Assembly: GCA_965214835.1 (NCBI GenBank)
Contig: CBDCCK010000002.1
Location: forward strand, 736,001 to 800,000
Length of the DNA stretch: 64,000 nucleotides
Reading direction: 5' to 3'
Origin: Nitrosopumilaceae archaeon
GTDB taxonomy: Archaea; Thermoproteota; Nitrososphaeria; Nitrososphaerales; Nitrosopumilaceae
This document shows positions 38,981-48,037 of the stretch, in pieces. Each line of letters starts with the position of its first letter. Position 1 is the stretch's first letter. The notes beneath the pieces were generated by a model that saw only the letters and a list, made by a program, of their open reading frames with translations, had not been told where the DNA came from and made no database searches. The position numbers were made by a program, and so were the translations under genes.

Positions 38981-39227
38981 ATGAAGCTGGATTCCCTTGC
39001 CATCAACACGCTAAGAAAGATGTACTTTTATGGATACATCGGTGGCAAACACACGTCCATTGATAATCTTCAGAAAAGTTTTCCAAAACACGAGAGGCAA
39101 TCTCAAAGGAGCAGTCAAGGCCCTCATCAAAGCTAATCTAATTATTCCAAAGTCTACGGGCTATGGGAAACATTGCTCGCTTAATCCAAGAATGATCAAT
39201 GAAATAGAAAAATTGATTGAGAAATGA
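38981..39227 (+). pseudogene. Frameshifted small archaeal protein (GGKHT...YG.H.SLNP type)
   Basis: MKLDSLAINTLRKMYFYGYIGGKHTSIDNLQKSFPKHE, shifting frame to RGNLKGAVKALIK..YGKHCSLNP. Confidence 0.55.
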
Positions 39228-39329
39228 TCTTACGCCGGCCAAGTTGCAGCATGATCAGGCCATCATTGTCCAGTATGTGACGGATTCTCTCATCTGTCAC
39301 TGGAATGGCAGATGATGACACTCTAGCTC

Positions 39330-39920
39330 ATGTCTTTTATCTCGTCGACCTTGATATTGAACTTCTTGGCAAGATCTGCCCAGCTTGCCTCATCAAATAC
39401 ACGAGTTGTCGGTACTCTGGCTGTCCGCTATCATGTAGAGATCGTGCCCAAACTTCGTACCGGTCTTTACCAGTACGCCCATATCGATGTACTTTTGGAC
39501 CAGTTCCTCCTGGGTCATGCCGCCCATGTCGTATGATGCCCAGCTGCGCAGCCAACCGGTCATCTCCCCGATGAGAAGGCCCTTGACCTCGCCGTAGCCC
39601 TTTACATCCCTTACAAAGTCGAGCAGACTTTTGCCGTCTGGGGGCATGTCTTGAAGCATGTCTTGTGTGTCCACCTGTGATGCCTTCGATGTAATTTCGT
39701 TCATGCTTTTCATCTCACCGGCCTTGGTATTAAGACTCGAGGCAATATCTGCCCAGCTCTGCACCATAAAGCACACGAGTTGCCGGTACGCATTGTCTCC
39801 ATGCCAACCCCCGCGATAATGACCCGGGGGAGATGGGTTACTGGTAAAGCCAGCAAGTGAGTCTATCAAAAAGAGGGCAAGTCGCACTTTGGATTTGAGA
39901 GGGGATCGTTCAAAAAACAT
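39330..39920 (-). pseudogene. Fragmented hypothetical repeat-module protein
   Basis: Two YRQLV.(F/L)M modules; WLRSW...EELVQKYIDMG parallels GLRSW...DEIVQHYIDSG in 37826-38305. Confidence 0.5.
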
Positions 39921-39961
39921 GGATGTAATGGGCGGTAGAATCCGAGTACCGGTCTGCGGTG

Positions 39962-40825
39962 CTAGGGCTGGCCGACCAGATCAAGCAGCGCCCTTGCCTG
40001 CTTGTAGTGCACCTCGTCGATCATCTTGCCCTCGACTGCGGTCGCACCCCTCCCCTTTTCGGTGGATTTCAGGTACGCATCACACACCTTCCTTGCCCAT
40101 TCGATTTCCGTCTTGTTGGGATGAAATATTCTGTGGACGGTCCTGATCTGGTCGGGATGAATTATGCTCTTTCCGGCATATCCAAGGCCCCTTCCGATCC
40201 TACAGTCACTAGCAAGCCCCCTGCTGTCTCCGATGTCCTGCCAGATTGCGTCGATTGCGGGCACTCCGGCGGCCCGGGAATCAACCGGGATCTTTGCGCG
40301 GGAGTATGCGGCCCCCTGCGGCTGTTTTGCATACTCTATTCCCAGGTCATTGAGCAGATCAAACACACCAAAGACGACGGCACAGACCCTTTTGCCATGT
40401 GCAGAGATTTCGTATGCGTTGACCACCCCCTCGGCAGACTCGATTGAGGGAATGATCTGGACGGGTCCGAGCCCTGCCTTTTTCTCGGCTGCCCCGAGGG
40501 CCCTCTCTACTTCTCTTAGATCCCCCGCCCTGCTGACCTTGGGTACCACGATTCCATCGATTCCCTTTCGTACTATTTCTCTGAGATCGTCTGGAATCAT
40601 GCCGGATGCGGGCGCGTTGGTCCGCACAAAGACAGACGCCCTGTACTGGGAGTGGGATCCTAGCGCGGCACGGACAAGCCTGCGTGCGGCCTTTTTTTCA
40701 GACGGGGGGACAGAGTCCTCCAGATCAAGGCAGACGATGTCTGCCTCCAGTGACTTGGCCTTTTCTAAGAATCTGGGGTTGTTGCCAGGAACAAAAATGA
40801 GGCTTCTGAAGAGCCGGGCCATCAA
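39962..40825 (-). CDS. CitE/HpcH-HpaI family CoA-ester lyase
   Basis: RSLIFVPG, DLEDSV, VPKV, IESAEG, GKSIIHPDQI, GKMIDE. Confidence 0.9.
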   Translation of the reverse strand: MMARLFRSLIFVPGNNPRFLEKAKSLEADIVCLDLEDSVPPSEKKAARRLVRAALGSHSQYRASVFVRTNAPASGMIPDDLREIVRKGIDGIVVPKVSRAGDLREVERALGAAEKKAGLGPVQIIPSIESAEGVVNAYEISAHGKRVCAVVFGVFDLLNDLGIEYAKQPQGAAYSRAKIPVDSRAAGVPAIDAIWQDIGDSRGLASDCRIGRGLGYAGKSIIHPDQIRTVHRIFHPNKTEIEWARKVCDAYLKSTEKGRGATAVEGKMIDEVHYKQARALLDLVGQP

Positions 40826-40829
40826 ATGA

Positions 40830-41906
40830 CTAGGCGCCCTCAGGCTTCATTAAGATTTTGCCGAAAAAGGCGCCCTTTAGCATCTTCGTGTGGGCCTCTG
40901 CTGCCTGCTCGAAGGTATGTACAGAGTCAACGACGGATCTTATCCTTCCCTGGCCCATCCAGTACAGTGCCTGGTCAAGCTCGGCCTTGGTTCCCTGCGT
41001 CGAGCCCAGGACGTTGATTCCCTTGAAGAATATGTGCCTGAGGTCTATCTGTGCGTCATAGCCAGTTGTTGCCCCGCACGACACAAGGGATGCGCCATAC
41101 TTGAGCAGGGTAAGCTGCTTGTTAAAGTGGGTCTGGCCAATGTGGTCAAAGGCAATGTCAATTCCGGGCGCCTCGCCCTTTGTCTTTGCGATCTCCTTTG
41201 ATATCCTAAAGACCTCCTTGCTCCAGTCGTCCTTTCTGTGGTCCACTGCGTAATCTGCACCAAGCTCCCTGCACTTTTCCAGCTTGTCCGGACTGGCAGT
41301 TGCAATCACGTCGCAGTTGTACAGCTTGGCGATCTGAATCCCAAAGCTTCCGACGCCGGAGCCGCCTCCCATGATGAGTACGGTCTGGCCCGGGGTTATT
41401 TTGGCCCTTCCGACCAGCATGTGCCACGAGGTAAGAATGGTCATTGAGGCGGCCGCCGCATCCTCGTATGAGACCCCGTCGGGAATCTTTGAGACGTTGA
41501 CTTCTGGCAGGTGAATCTGCTCGGAATAGGCCCCCCAGAGTGGTCCGGTCTGAAAGCCCCAGACCTGTCTCTTGGTACAGTCAAACTCCCTTCCGTCCGT
41601 GCATGCCTTGCATACTCTGCAGGCAAGGTTGGAGTGAGATACCACCCTGTCTCCGACCTTGAAGTTCTTGACGTCCTCCCCGACCGCAATCACGTCGCCG
41701 GCCACGTCAGAGCCCGATACGTGTGGAAGGGGCACTGCCACCGGGACTCCCCTCATTCCCCAAATGTCGTTATAGTTCAAGGCAGATGCCTTGTTTGTAA
41801 AAATAACCTCGTCGGGCTTTGGTTTTGGCTCGTCTATATCCTGGACTTTGAGGATCTTGGCATAATTATCATCTGGTGCGTATTCATTGTATACTACGGC
41901 TTTCAT
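40830..41906 (-). CDS. Zinc-binding medium-chain dehydrogenase/reductase
   Basis: PHVSGSDVAG, CxxCxxC..C, GGGSGVG, GATTG. Confidence 0.9.
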   Translation of the reverse strand: MKAVVYNEYAPDDNYAKILKVQDIDEPKPKPDEVIFTNKASALNYNDIWGMRGVPVAVPLPHVSGSDVAGDVIAVGEDVKNFKVGDRVVSHSNLACRVCKACTDGREFDCTKRQVWGFQTGPLWGAYSEQIHLPEVNVSKIPDGVSYEDAAAASMTILTSWHMLVGRAKITPGQTVLIMGGGSGVGSFGIQIAKLYNCDVIATASPDKLEKCRELGADYAVDHRKDDWSKEVFRISKEIAKTKGEAPGIDIAFDHIGQTHFNKQLTLLKYGASLVSCGATTGYDAQIDLRHIFFKGINVLGSTQGTKAELDQALYWMGQGRIRSVVDSVHTFEQAAEAHTKMLKGAFFGKILMKPEGA

Positions 41907-42068
41907 GAGTAAGAGCCTGCAAGCCCCATAATTATAGTTTTTTAGGATTCCAGTCCCCCAGGTGTGCCCTGCTCGTGGAGGTGCGGGCGGCCATGTAAGG
42001 ATCGGCTGGCCTGTCTGAGCTGTTACGTTTGGAGCCGTCTTACGTGGATCCCTTTGGAAGGCCGGGTT

Positions 42069-42374
42069 CTATATCCGGTTTATTTTAAAATCGCGTTTTG
42101 GCTGTTGTGCAGACAGCAGGATCTGTTTGAGCTGCGCATCCGTGATGGGTGCGGGCAGCTTTCCCTGCGCCCCGATGCCGATGAGATAGTTCTCCACGGC
42201 ATTTGCCAGCTCCGGTTTGACCATTCTGACGTTGCCGAGTCTGGCCCTTGCTGCAGGCTCTAGAATCTGCCTGAGAACCGCCTCCTTTTGTGTCTCCACC
42301 TCCCTTTGTGAGCCAGGATCGGCCCCGGGGACGCTGCCCTGGGTGCCAAATTCATCCGGATTCGTGTAGCTCAT
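42069..42374 (-). CDS. PDCD5/TFAR19-like dsDNA-binding protein
   Basis: LRQILEPAARARL.NVRMVKPE.A..VE..LI. Confidence 0.9.
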   Translation of the reverse strand: MSYTNPDEFGTQGSVPGADPGSQREVETQKEAVLRQILEPAARARLGNVRMVKPELANAVENYLIGIGAQGKLPAPITDAQLKQILLSAQQPKRDFKINRI

Positions 42375-42381
42375 TTTATTT

Positions 42382-42834
42382 CTAAGAGTATACCTTCAGC
42401 TTTGGGTTTTCTGCGGCAAGTCTTTGGAGAATCTCGGTTGCAAGCCTGTCTACTTTTTGCATCCCCTGCTTGGATAGGATCCTGCCCTTCTTCTCGGCTT
42501 TTTCCACATAGCCCAGCTTTTCTAGCTCATGAACGGCGTTTCTGATGATTGCGCCGCCTGCATCCCTGTGCTTTGCCGCGCCGTATCCACGCGGTTTTCC
42601 GCCGCCGTACTCCTTTCTTAGCTCGTTAATTCCAATTGGACCGCGAAGGTAAATTTTTCTTAAAAGCGACGCACACCTAGTATGCCACCAGTCGCTCTCA
42701 TGCGGGGGCTTGTCTGCATGAACCCCGGTCTTTACAAACGAGGCCCAGCTTGGGACGGCAATGTCCTCGCCCTTCAATATCCCGGTAAGCTCCGAGATGA
42801 AGACGTCTGCCGGCACATCGTAGACCTTTGCCAT
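42382..42834 (-). CDS. rps19e: 30S ribosomal protein S19e
   Basis: VYDVPAD, FVKTG, WWHTRCASLLRKIY. Confidence 0.95.
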   Translation of the reverse strand: MAKVYDVPADVFISELTGILKGEDIAVPSWASFVKTGVHADKPPHESDWWHTRCASLLRKIYLRGPIGINELRKEYGGGKPRGYGAAKHRDAGGAIIRNAVHELEKLGYVEKAEKKGRILSKQGMQKVDRLATEILQRLAAENPKLKVYS

Positions 42835-42865
42835 GAAGACAAAAACTTGTGAGTCGCCTTATAAA

Positions 42866-43168
42866 TCATTGAGGCAGTATCTTGCGGTAGACGTGCCCGC
42901 AGTAGCCGCAGGTTATGCGTATCGACCTGGTTGCAGAGCCGCCCACCCTTATCCGTGCATGGACGCCGGGCGCGATGAAGCTCTTGCACTTTTTGCAGAA
43001 TGTCATCCTGATCTCGTACGGCATCCGTATCCTGTATTTAGTGCTGATCCTTCTTGCAAGGCAGGCCTGACGCTGAGACAGTGCAGGATTGCCCCTTGCA
43101 TTGGATACCGCATTATCAATTAGGATCCTCATCCTTTCAAGCGCGATCTGTCTTGCCGCAGGCCTCAT
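42866..43168 (-). CDS. rnp4: RNase P protein component 4 (Rpp21)
   Basis: IALERMRIL, FCKKC, ITCGYCG. Confidence 0.9.
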   Translation of the reverse strand: MRPAARQIALERMRILIDNAVSNARGNPALSQRQACLARRISTKYRIRMPYEIRMTFCKKCKSFIAPGVHARIRVGGSATRSIRITCGYCGHVYRKILPQ

Positions 43169-43215
43169 GTGCTCCAGTCAGGGTTCTCATAAAAATTTGT
43201 TCCAGTCACAAGGCA

Positions 43216-43289
43216 TGCAGTCAGCGGGACTTGAACCCGCGTCACAGGGTTGGAAACCCCGAATACTAACCAGGCTATACTATGACTGC
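43216..43289 (-). tRNA. tRNA-Gly(TCC)
   Basis: GCAGTCA acceptor stem, anticodon arm CGGGG-TTTCCAA-CCCTG, GGTTCAAGTCC T-loop. Confidence 0.95.
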
Positions 43290-43311
43290 ACAAAATAGCA
43301 GGCCAGGCAGC

Positions 43312-43980
43312 CTACATAAAAATGGTTTTTTCATACTCGTAAAGAATCCTGGCAGTCACGACATGGGACTCTAGGGGGGAATCACCAATGCGGTACAGTC
43401 CGTCAATGGATTTTTTTGTGGACTCGGCAAAGTGGCCCTTCTGGAACCCCCCGACTACCAGGCACGCGTCCTCGTCAAGCAGGTCTGCAACGCCAGAACA
43501 GGAGCTGAGCGCCCCCTCCGTGGTCAGCCCGATCACCTGGGAGGGCGCAATCTCCCGCACAAGCTCCGAAAACGTCATGCTTGCCATCTCAAGTAGCGGT
43601 CGTGCGCCGTCCCCGACCTTTTTTTCCCCGAATAGCTTCTCAAGCACCCCCCGGAACCTGTGATAGCTCTTCGGAAGGCTTGCGCCCCTTCCCACGCTGA
43701 TCACCTTGTCTCCTATGGTGTGAACATAGACTTGGATTTTGTTTTCACGATACAGCGGGATGGACGTTGCCTCCAGCAGGCTGAAATGAACGATGTCGGG
43801 CCTGCCGCGCTTGATCTCGTTTTCCAGTCCCTTCATTGCAGCGTAATGCCACGAGTTGTCAAGGAGGGTCTCAGACGGCAGCTTGCCTGACCTGCGTGCA
43901 TGTGCCCTTACGGAGCTGTGATGCTGCAGTTCCACGGGAACGGTCTCCAGTGAGGACTCTGCAAGGATCAGCGAGGCCAC
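43312..43980 (-). CDS. nep1: Nep1/Emg1 rRNA pseudouridine methyltransferase
   Basis: LAESSLE, LLDNSWH, RGRPDIVH, VGGFQKGHF. Confidence 0.92.
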   Translation of the reverse strand: MASLILAESSLETVPVELQHHSSVRAHARRSGKLPSETLLDNSWHYAAMKGLENEIKRGRPDIVHFSLLEATSIPLYRENKIQVYVHTIGDKVISVGRGASLPKSYHRFRGVLEKLFGEKKVGDGARPLLEMASMTFSELVREIAPSQVIGLTTEGALSSCSGVADLLDEDACLVVGGFQKGHFAESTKKSIDGLYRIGDSPLESHVVTARILYEYEKTIFM

Positions 43981-43983
43981 AGT

Positions 43984-45102
43984 CTAGGAGCTCCTTGAGA
44001 CCTGGCTGGCAAACTCGTCCCAGCCTGCCTTTGGGTTGCCATCGGCGTCAATCAGGCCGGCACTGCAGACATAGCTGCCCAGGCGCTCGGCTACATGCTC
44101 GCTGCCGCCAAGTCCGGAGCCGCCGCCCACGGTGGCCTTGTCCGAGTCCGGACCTGCATCAAACGAGCATGCCCCGTCGGGCCTGTCATACTGGCGGTAC
44201 CACGTCAGAAACTCAATGTCCTCGTGGTTTTGGTTGTAAAAGTCAAACGCATTTGCAATGAACCTGCTCTGATCCTGGGCGTTTCCGTTTACAAGGTCAG
44301 ACGTACTCCAGCTTACCTCAAAGAATGCCACCTTTTTGCCGCCTGCAAGATCCATTGCATGCCGCAGGTCGCCTACTGCCTCGTCGGGGGTCTTTATAAT
44401 GTCGTTTAGGGAGTCGACCGGAAAGTACGTAAATCCCACAAAGTCGCCTACGTCCAGGCCGCCTACGATGTGATCAAGATCCTTGTTGATTATGCCGTGC
44501 AGCGAGTACGTGTTGCCAAACCGCACGTCCGGGTGCCTGGGCTTTAGCTCGGAGTATACCTCCTCGAACAGATCCCTGTAGGCCGGGATGTCCTGCTCGT
44601 TGTATCTAAAGTGCTCGTCTGTCTCCCCCGAGATGACCACATAATCGACAATGTGGTACCTAGCAAGGATCGCGTCCAGCGTGGAGGCGACCTGGGAGGA
44701 GTCCATCGAGGCCAGATCCGGCCTTCCCATCCAGTCTGGGAGGGGGCCTACCGTTTTCCCGTTGATCAGCGAAAAGTAGAGCGTGACCTTGAGGTTGTTG
44801 TTCTTGTTCAGGCTCATCAGGATGTCAGACTGGCCCCAGTCGTACCTGCCCTGCTCCGGCTCTATTATATTCCAGAACATGTAGACGTTGCTGCGCCCTA
44901 TGCCAGTGGAGGATGCCTGCTCGTAGATGTCGCTGATCAGCCTGACGTCCGGCGTGGCAGTCGGGGAGTTGACCACGAGGCCGATCTTTTGGTTGTTGAC
45001 TGCGGTGTTGAGCGCGGCATCAAACGTCTGAAGCGTCAGCGTCATCGAGGCGCCGATTGCGACGGCAATCACTGCAATGCCCACCATGGCCTTCCTGTCC
45101 AC
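43984..45102 (-). CDS. Membrane-anchored glycoside-hydrolase-like TIM-barrel protein
   Basis: N-terminal TM; W..IEPEQGRYDW, FEVSWST, GLIDADGNPK. Confidence 0.6.
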   Translation of the reverse strand: MDRKAMVGIAVIAVAIGASMTLTLQTFDAALNTAVNNQKIGLVVNSPTATPDVRLISDIYEQASSTGIGRSNVYMFWNIIEPEQGRYDWGQSDILMSLNKNNNLKVTLYFSLINGKTVGPLPDWMGRPDLASMDSSQVASTLDAILARYHIVDYVVISGETDEHFRYNEQDIPAYRDLFEEVYSELKPRHPDVRFGNTYSLHGIINKDLDHIVGGLDVGDFVGFTYFPVDSLNDIIKTPDEAVGDLRHAMDLAGGKKVAFFEVSWSTSDLVNGNAQDQSRFIANAFDFYNQNHEDIEFLTWYRQYDRPDGACSFDAGPDSDKATVGGGSGLGGSEHVAERLGSYVCSAGLIDADGNPKAGWDEFASQVSRSS

Positions 45103-45146
45103 CCGGATCGGAAATTAAAAAGGGGGTAAAAAAGTTGTGGTGGCAG

Positions 45147-47804
45147 TTATCCGGACGTGCATCCGGTGTATCCGCAGTCGATGCAGATGCTGCATCCCTC
45201 CACGAAGACAAGGGTGTTCTTGCATGTGGGACAGAGGCTTTCCTCCGGAACGTCCTCGATTGCGGCAAGCTGCTCGCTGGCGATGACCTCTGCAGACGGG
45301 ATCTTCAGGCGCAGCGCGTTGTCCACCTGGGAGCGGATGTAGGAGTTCCCAATGTTGCGAGTCACAAAGTCGGTGACATACCGGGTCGGAACAACGTCAA
45401 ACGTCTTGGTTGCATTCTCGCTGGTCATGTGGAGGACCTGCTTGTGCCTCGAGCCGTCGCGGTACACGGTGATTCCCTTGAGGCCCAGCTCGTGTGCCAG
45501 CAGGTAGGATGCCTTGACGTCGTCTGCGGTCACGTCATACGGCATGTTGATTGTCTTTGCGATTGCGTTTCCAATCCACTGCTGCCATACGGACTGCGCC
45601 ATCAGGTGGTCGGCCCAGTGGATGTCCATCGCGGTGACGAATACTTTTTTGATCCAGTCGGGAATCTCGTCGATTCCCTGCACGGAGCCGTAGTTGTCTG
45701 CAATCTTTGCCAGCAGCTCCTCGCTGTACAGGCCGTTGTCGCGCAGTACCTGCTCGAAGATCTTGTTTGTGTAAAAGAACCTCCCGACGGTCACGCGCTT
45801 TTCAAAGACCAGTGCAAAGGTAGGCTCCATCCCGTTGGTACAGTCCGCAATCATGGAAAGCGTCCCGGTCGGCGCAACAGTCGTGGTCAGGACGTTTCGG
45901 ATTCCGTGCCTTTTGATCTTCTCAATCAGCGCGTCCCACTCAAACGAGTGCGCCTCCTTGGGGTTCTCATAGTATCCGGCGACGGGGATCTTTCCCTCCG
46001 GGAACTCGGTCTTGGGACAGAGTGGGAACTCCCCCCTGGACTTTGACAGTGCGACGCTTTCCTCCATTGAGTAATATGTCAGCGCCTCGGAGAGCTTTGA
46101 CTGCAGCTCGTATCCCTCCTTTGAGTTGTACGGAATCCTCAGCTTGTAGAGAAGATCTGCGACCCCCATGACTCCCAGCCCGATTCTTCGGGAGTCCTTT
46201 GATGCCACGTCGATTTCATCGACAGGATAGTAGTTGACGTCGATTACGTTGTCCAGGAACCGCGTGGTCTTTCGGATTGTCTCCTCGCACCTCTGCCAGT
46301 CAAACTCGTACTCCCCGTCTGCCTTGCGCTTTACAAGGTTTGCAACGTTGATCGAGCCCAGGTTGCATGACTCGTACGGGTAGAGGCTCTGCTCGCCGCA
46401 CGGGTTCGTCGCGCGCAGGGGGGCGCCGCGCGCCTTTGCAAACACGTTGTACTTGTTGATTTGATCAAAGAAGATCAGGCCCGGCTCGGCGCTCTTCCAT
46501 GCGGACAGGGCAATCAGGTCGATTATCTGGTGTGCGTTTACCTCCTTTACGGGCGACATGTCGCGCGCGCTCCTCAGCATGTACTTGCCGTCATCGGTGT
46601 TGACAAGCGCGTTCCAAAAGTCCTCCCAGATTCCAACGCTGACGTTAAAGTTCTCCAGGACCCCGGGCTCTGTCTTGTTCGTGATGAACCTCTCGACGTC
46701 GGGATGCCATGCCTCGATGATTCCCATGTTTGCACCCCTGCGCTTGCCGCCCTGCTTGACTACCTCGGTGACGGTATTGATGATGTTCATAAAGGAGACC
46801 GGACCGGATGCGACTCCCGACGTCGAGGCCACAATGTCTCCCTCGTGTCGCAGGTCAGAGTAGTTGATTCCAACCCCGCCGCCTGACTTGAAGATCAGCG
46901 CCGCATCAGACGTCGACTTCATTATTCCGCCCATGTCGTCAGGCATGTCCAGTACAAAGCATGCGGACAGCTGTCCCAGACGGCCGCCGGCATTCATCAT
47001 TGTCGGCGAGTTTGGCAGAAAGTCCTGCGATACCATCAGCTCAAAGTATTCTGCTACCTTGTCTGCGTGGCTGTCAAGTTTTTTTGCCGCAAGCAGTGTC
47101 AGGACATCCTTAAAGCTTACCTTCATCAGTCCCTTGCCTGCAAGGGCGATGTAGTGATTGATCAGTGACCTGAAATGATACTTGTTCAGGTAGTGGTCTC
47201 CTATCTTGAACTTGTAGTCAAACCTGTCCAGCTTTTCAAGATAGGATCTTGCCTCGTCGACGTTCTGGGAATAGTTGCCGTCCTTTGCAAATATCTGCGG
47301 ATCATACATCAGGTCGCCGATTCCGACCAGGAGCGCGACGCGCTCGAACATCTGCGTCGGCGTCTCGGTGATCTCGTTTTTGTTGTTTCGCAAAAGATAC
47401 CTCGATGCCAGGACGCGCAGGCAGTTCAGATCGAACTTTTTCGACACGGGATCAAGCTGCTTTGTGTTGATGACCTTCATCTTCTCGTCGCGGACCTTGC
47501 GCCTCTCATGCCTGTACAGGATGTAGGCCTTGGCAATCTCGCTCAGGCCGTTATCGATCAGGGTGGATTCTACCATGTCCTGAATATCCTCGACGCTGGG
47601 AGGATGGGATGCAGAAAATCCCTGCTTGTGCAGTTTTTCTAGCACGCCGTCCGTCAGTCGGTCTGCTAGGCCACGATCGGCTTCAGATGTGGCCGCCAAT
47701 GCCTTAAAGATGGCATTGGAAATCTTATCTTTGTTAAAGGTGGTAACCTTTCCGTTTCTCTTGCGGATCTCCCCGATAGAGCTTTCTATTTGTGAATTAT
47801 CCAA
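45147..47804 (-). CDS. nrdJ: Class II (B12-dependent) ribonucleotide reductase with ATP cone
   Basis: PNSPTMMNAG, QLSACFV, QGGKRRGANM, TNPCGEQ, VAPTGT, KGITVYRDGSR. Confidence 0.95.
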   Translation of the reverse strand: MDNSQIESSIGEIRKRNGKVTTFNKDKISNAIFKALAATSEADRGLADRLTDGVLEKLHKQGFSASHPPSVEDIQDMVESTLIDNGLSEIAKAYILYRHERRKVRDEKMKVINTKQLDPVSKKFDLNCLRVLASRYLLRNNKNEITETPTQMFERVALLVGIGDLMYDPQIFAKDGNYSQNVDEARSYLEKLDRFDYKFKIGDHYLNKYHFRSLINHYIALAGKGLMKVSFKDVLTLLAAKKLDSHADKVAEYFELMVSQDFLPNSPTMMNAGGRLGQLSACFVLDMPDDMGGIMKSTSDAALIFKSGGGVGINYSDLRHEGDIVASTSGVASGPVSFMNIINTVTEVVKQGGKRRGANMGIIEAWHPDVERFITNKTEPGVLENFNVSVGIWEDFWNALVNTDDGKYMLRSARDMSPVKEVNAHQIIDLIALSAWKSAEPGLIFFDQINKYNVFAKARGAPLRATNPCGEQSLYPYESCNLGSINVANLVKRKADGEYEFDWQRCEETIRKTTRFLDNVIDVNYYPVDEIDVASKDSRRIGLGVMGVADLLYKLRIPYNSKEGYELQSKLSEALTYYSMEESVALSKSRGEFPLCPKTEFPEGKIPVAGYYENPKEAHSFEWDALIEKIKRHGIRNVLTTTVAPTGTLSMIADCTNGMEPTFALVFEKRVTVGRFFYTNKIFEQVLRDNGLYSEELLAKIADNYGSVQGIDEIPDWIKKVFVTAMDIHWADHLMAQSVWQQWIGNAIAKTINMPYDVTADDVKASYLLAHELGLKGITVYRDGSRHKQVLHMTSENATKTFDVVPTRYVTDFVTRNIGNSYIRSQVDNALRLKIPSAEVIASEQLAAIEDVPEESLCPTCKNTLVFVEGCSICIDCGYTGCTSG

Positions 47805-48037
47805 TTATAATCTCCCCATTGGGGGTAAATCAGATTGGCATATTAAATATTATTGAGAAAATCAGGTCATACCCAGCTCAACTTTTTTTGTACCAATCCA
47901 ACGGAATTCGAGCCAGATATCGGAGGCCATGCAGCGATGATCGCCTGCTGCCCCACACGGATTTGGGGGTCATAAACCTCACAATTTGCAACGTCTGGGC
48001 TGGCAGTGGAGATCGGCCGCGGATGGCCGGTGCGGGC

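Noticed and set aside
43216-43289. tRNA-Gly as the att site of the integrase element
   Set aside because: No duplicated tRNA 3' end noticed near the island borders, and the tRNA is more than 11 kb away within core genes
45057-46046. Long antisense ORFs (e.g. 329 aa here, 15587-16471, 33188-33931, 61761-62483)
   Set aside because: Shadow ORFs opposite well-supported genes, with no recognisable motifs
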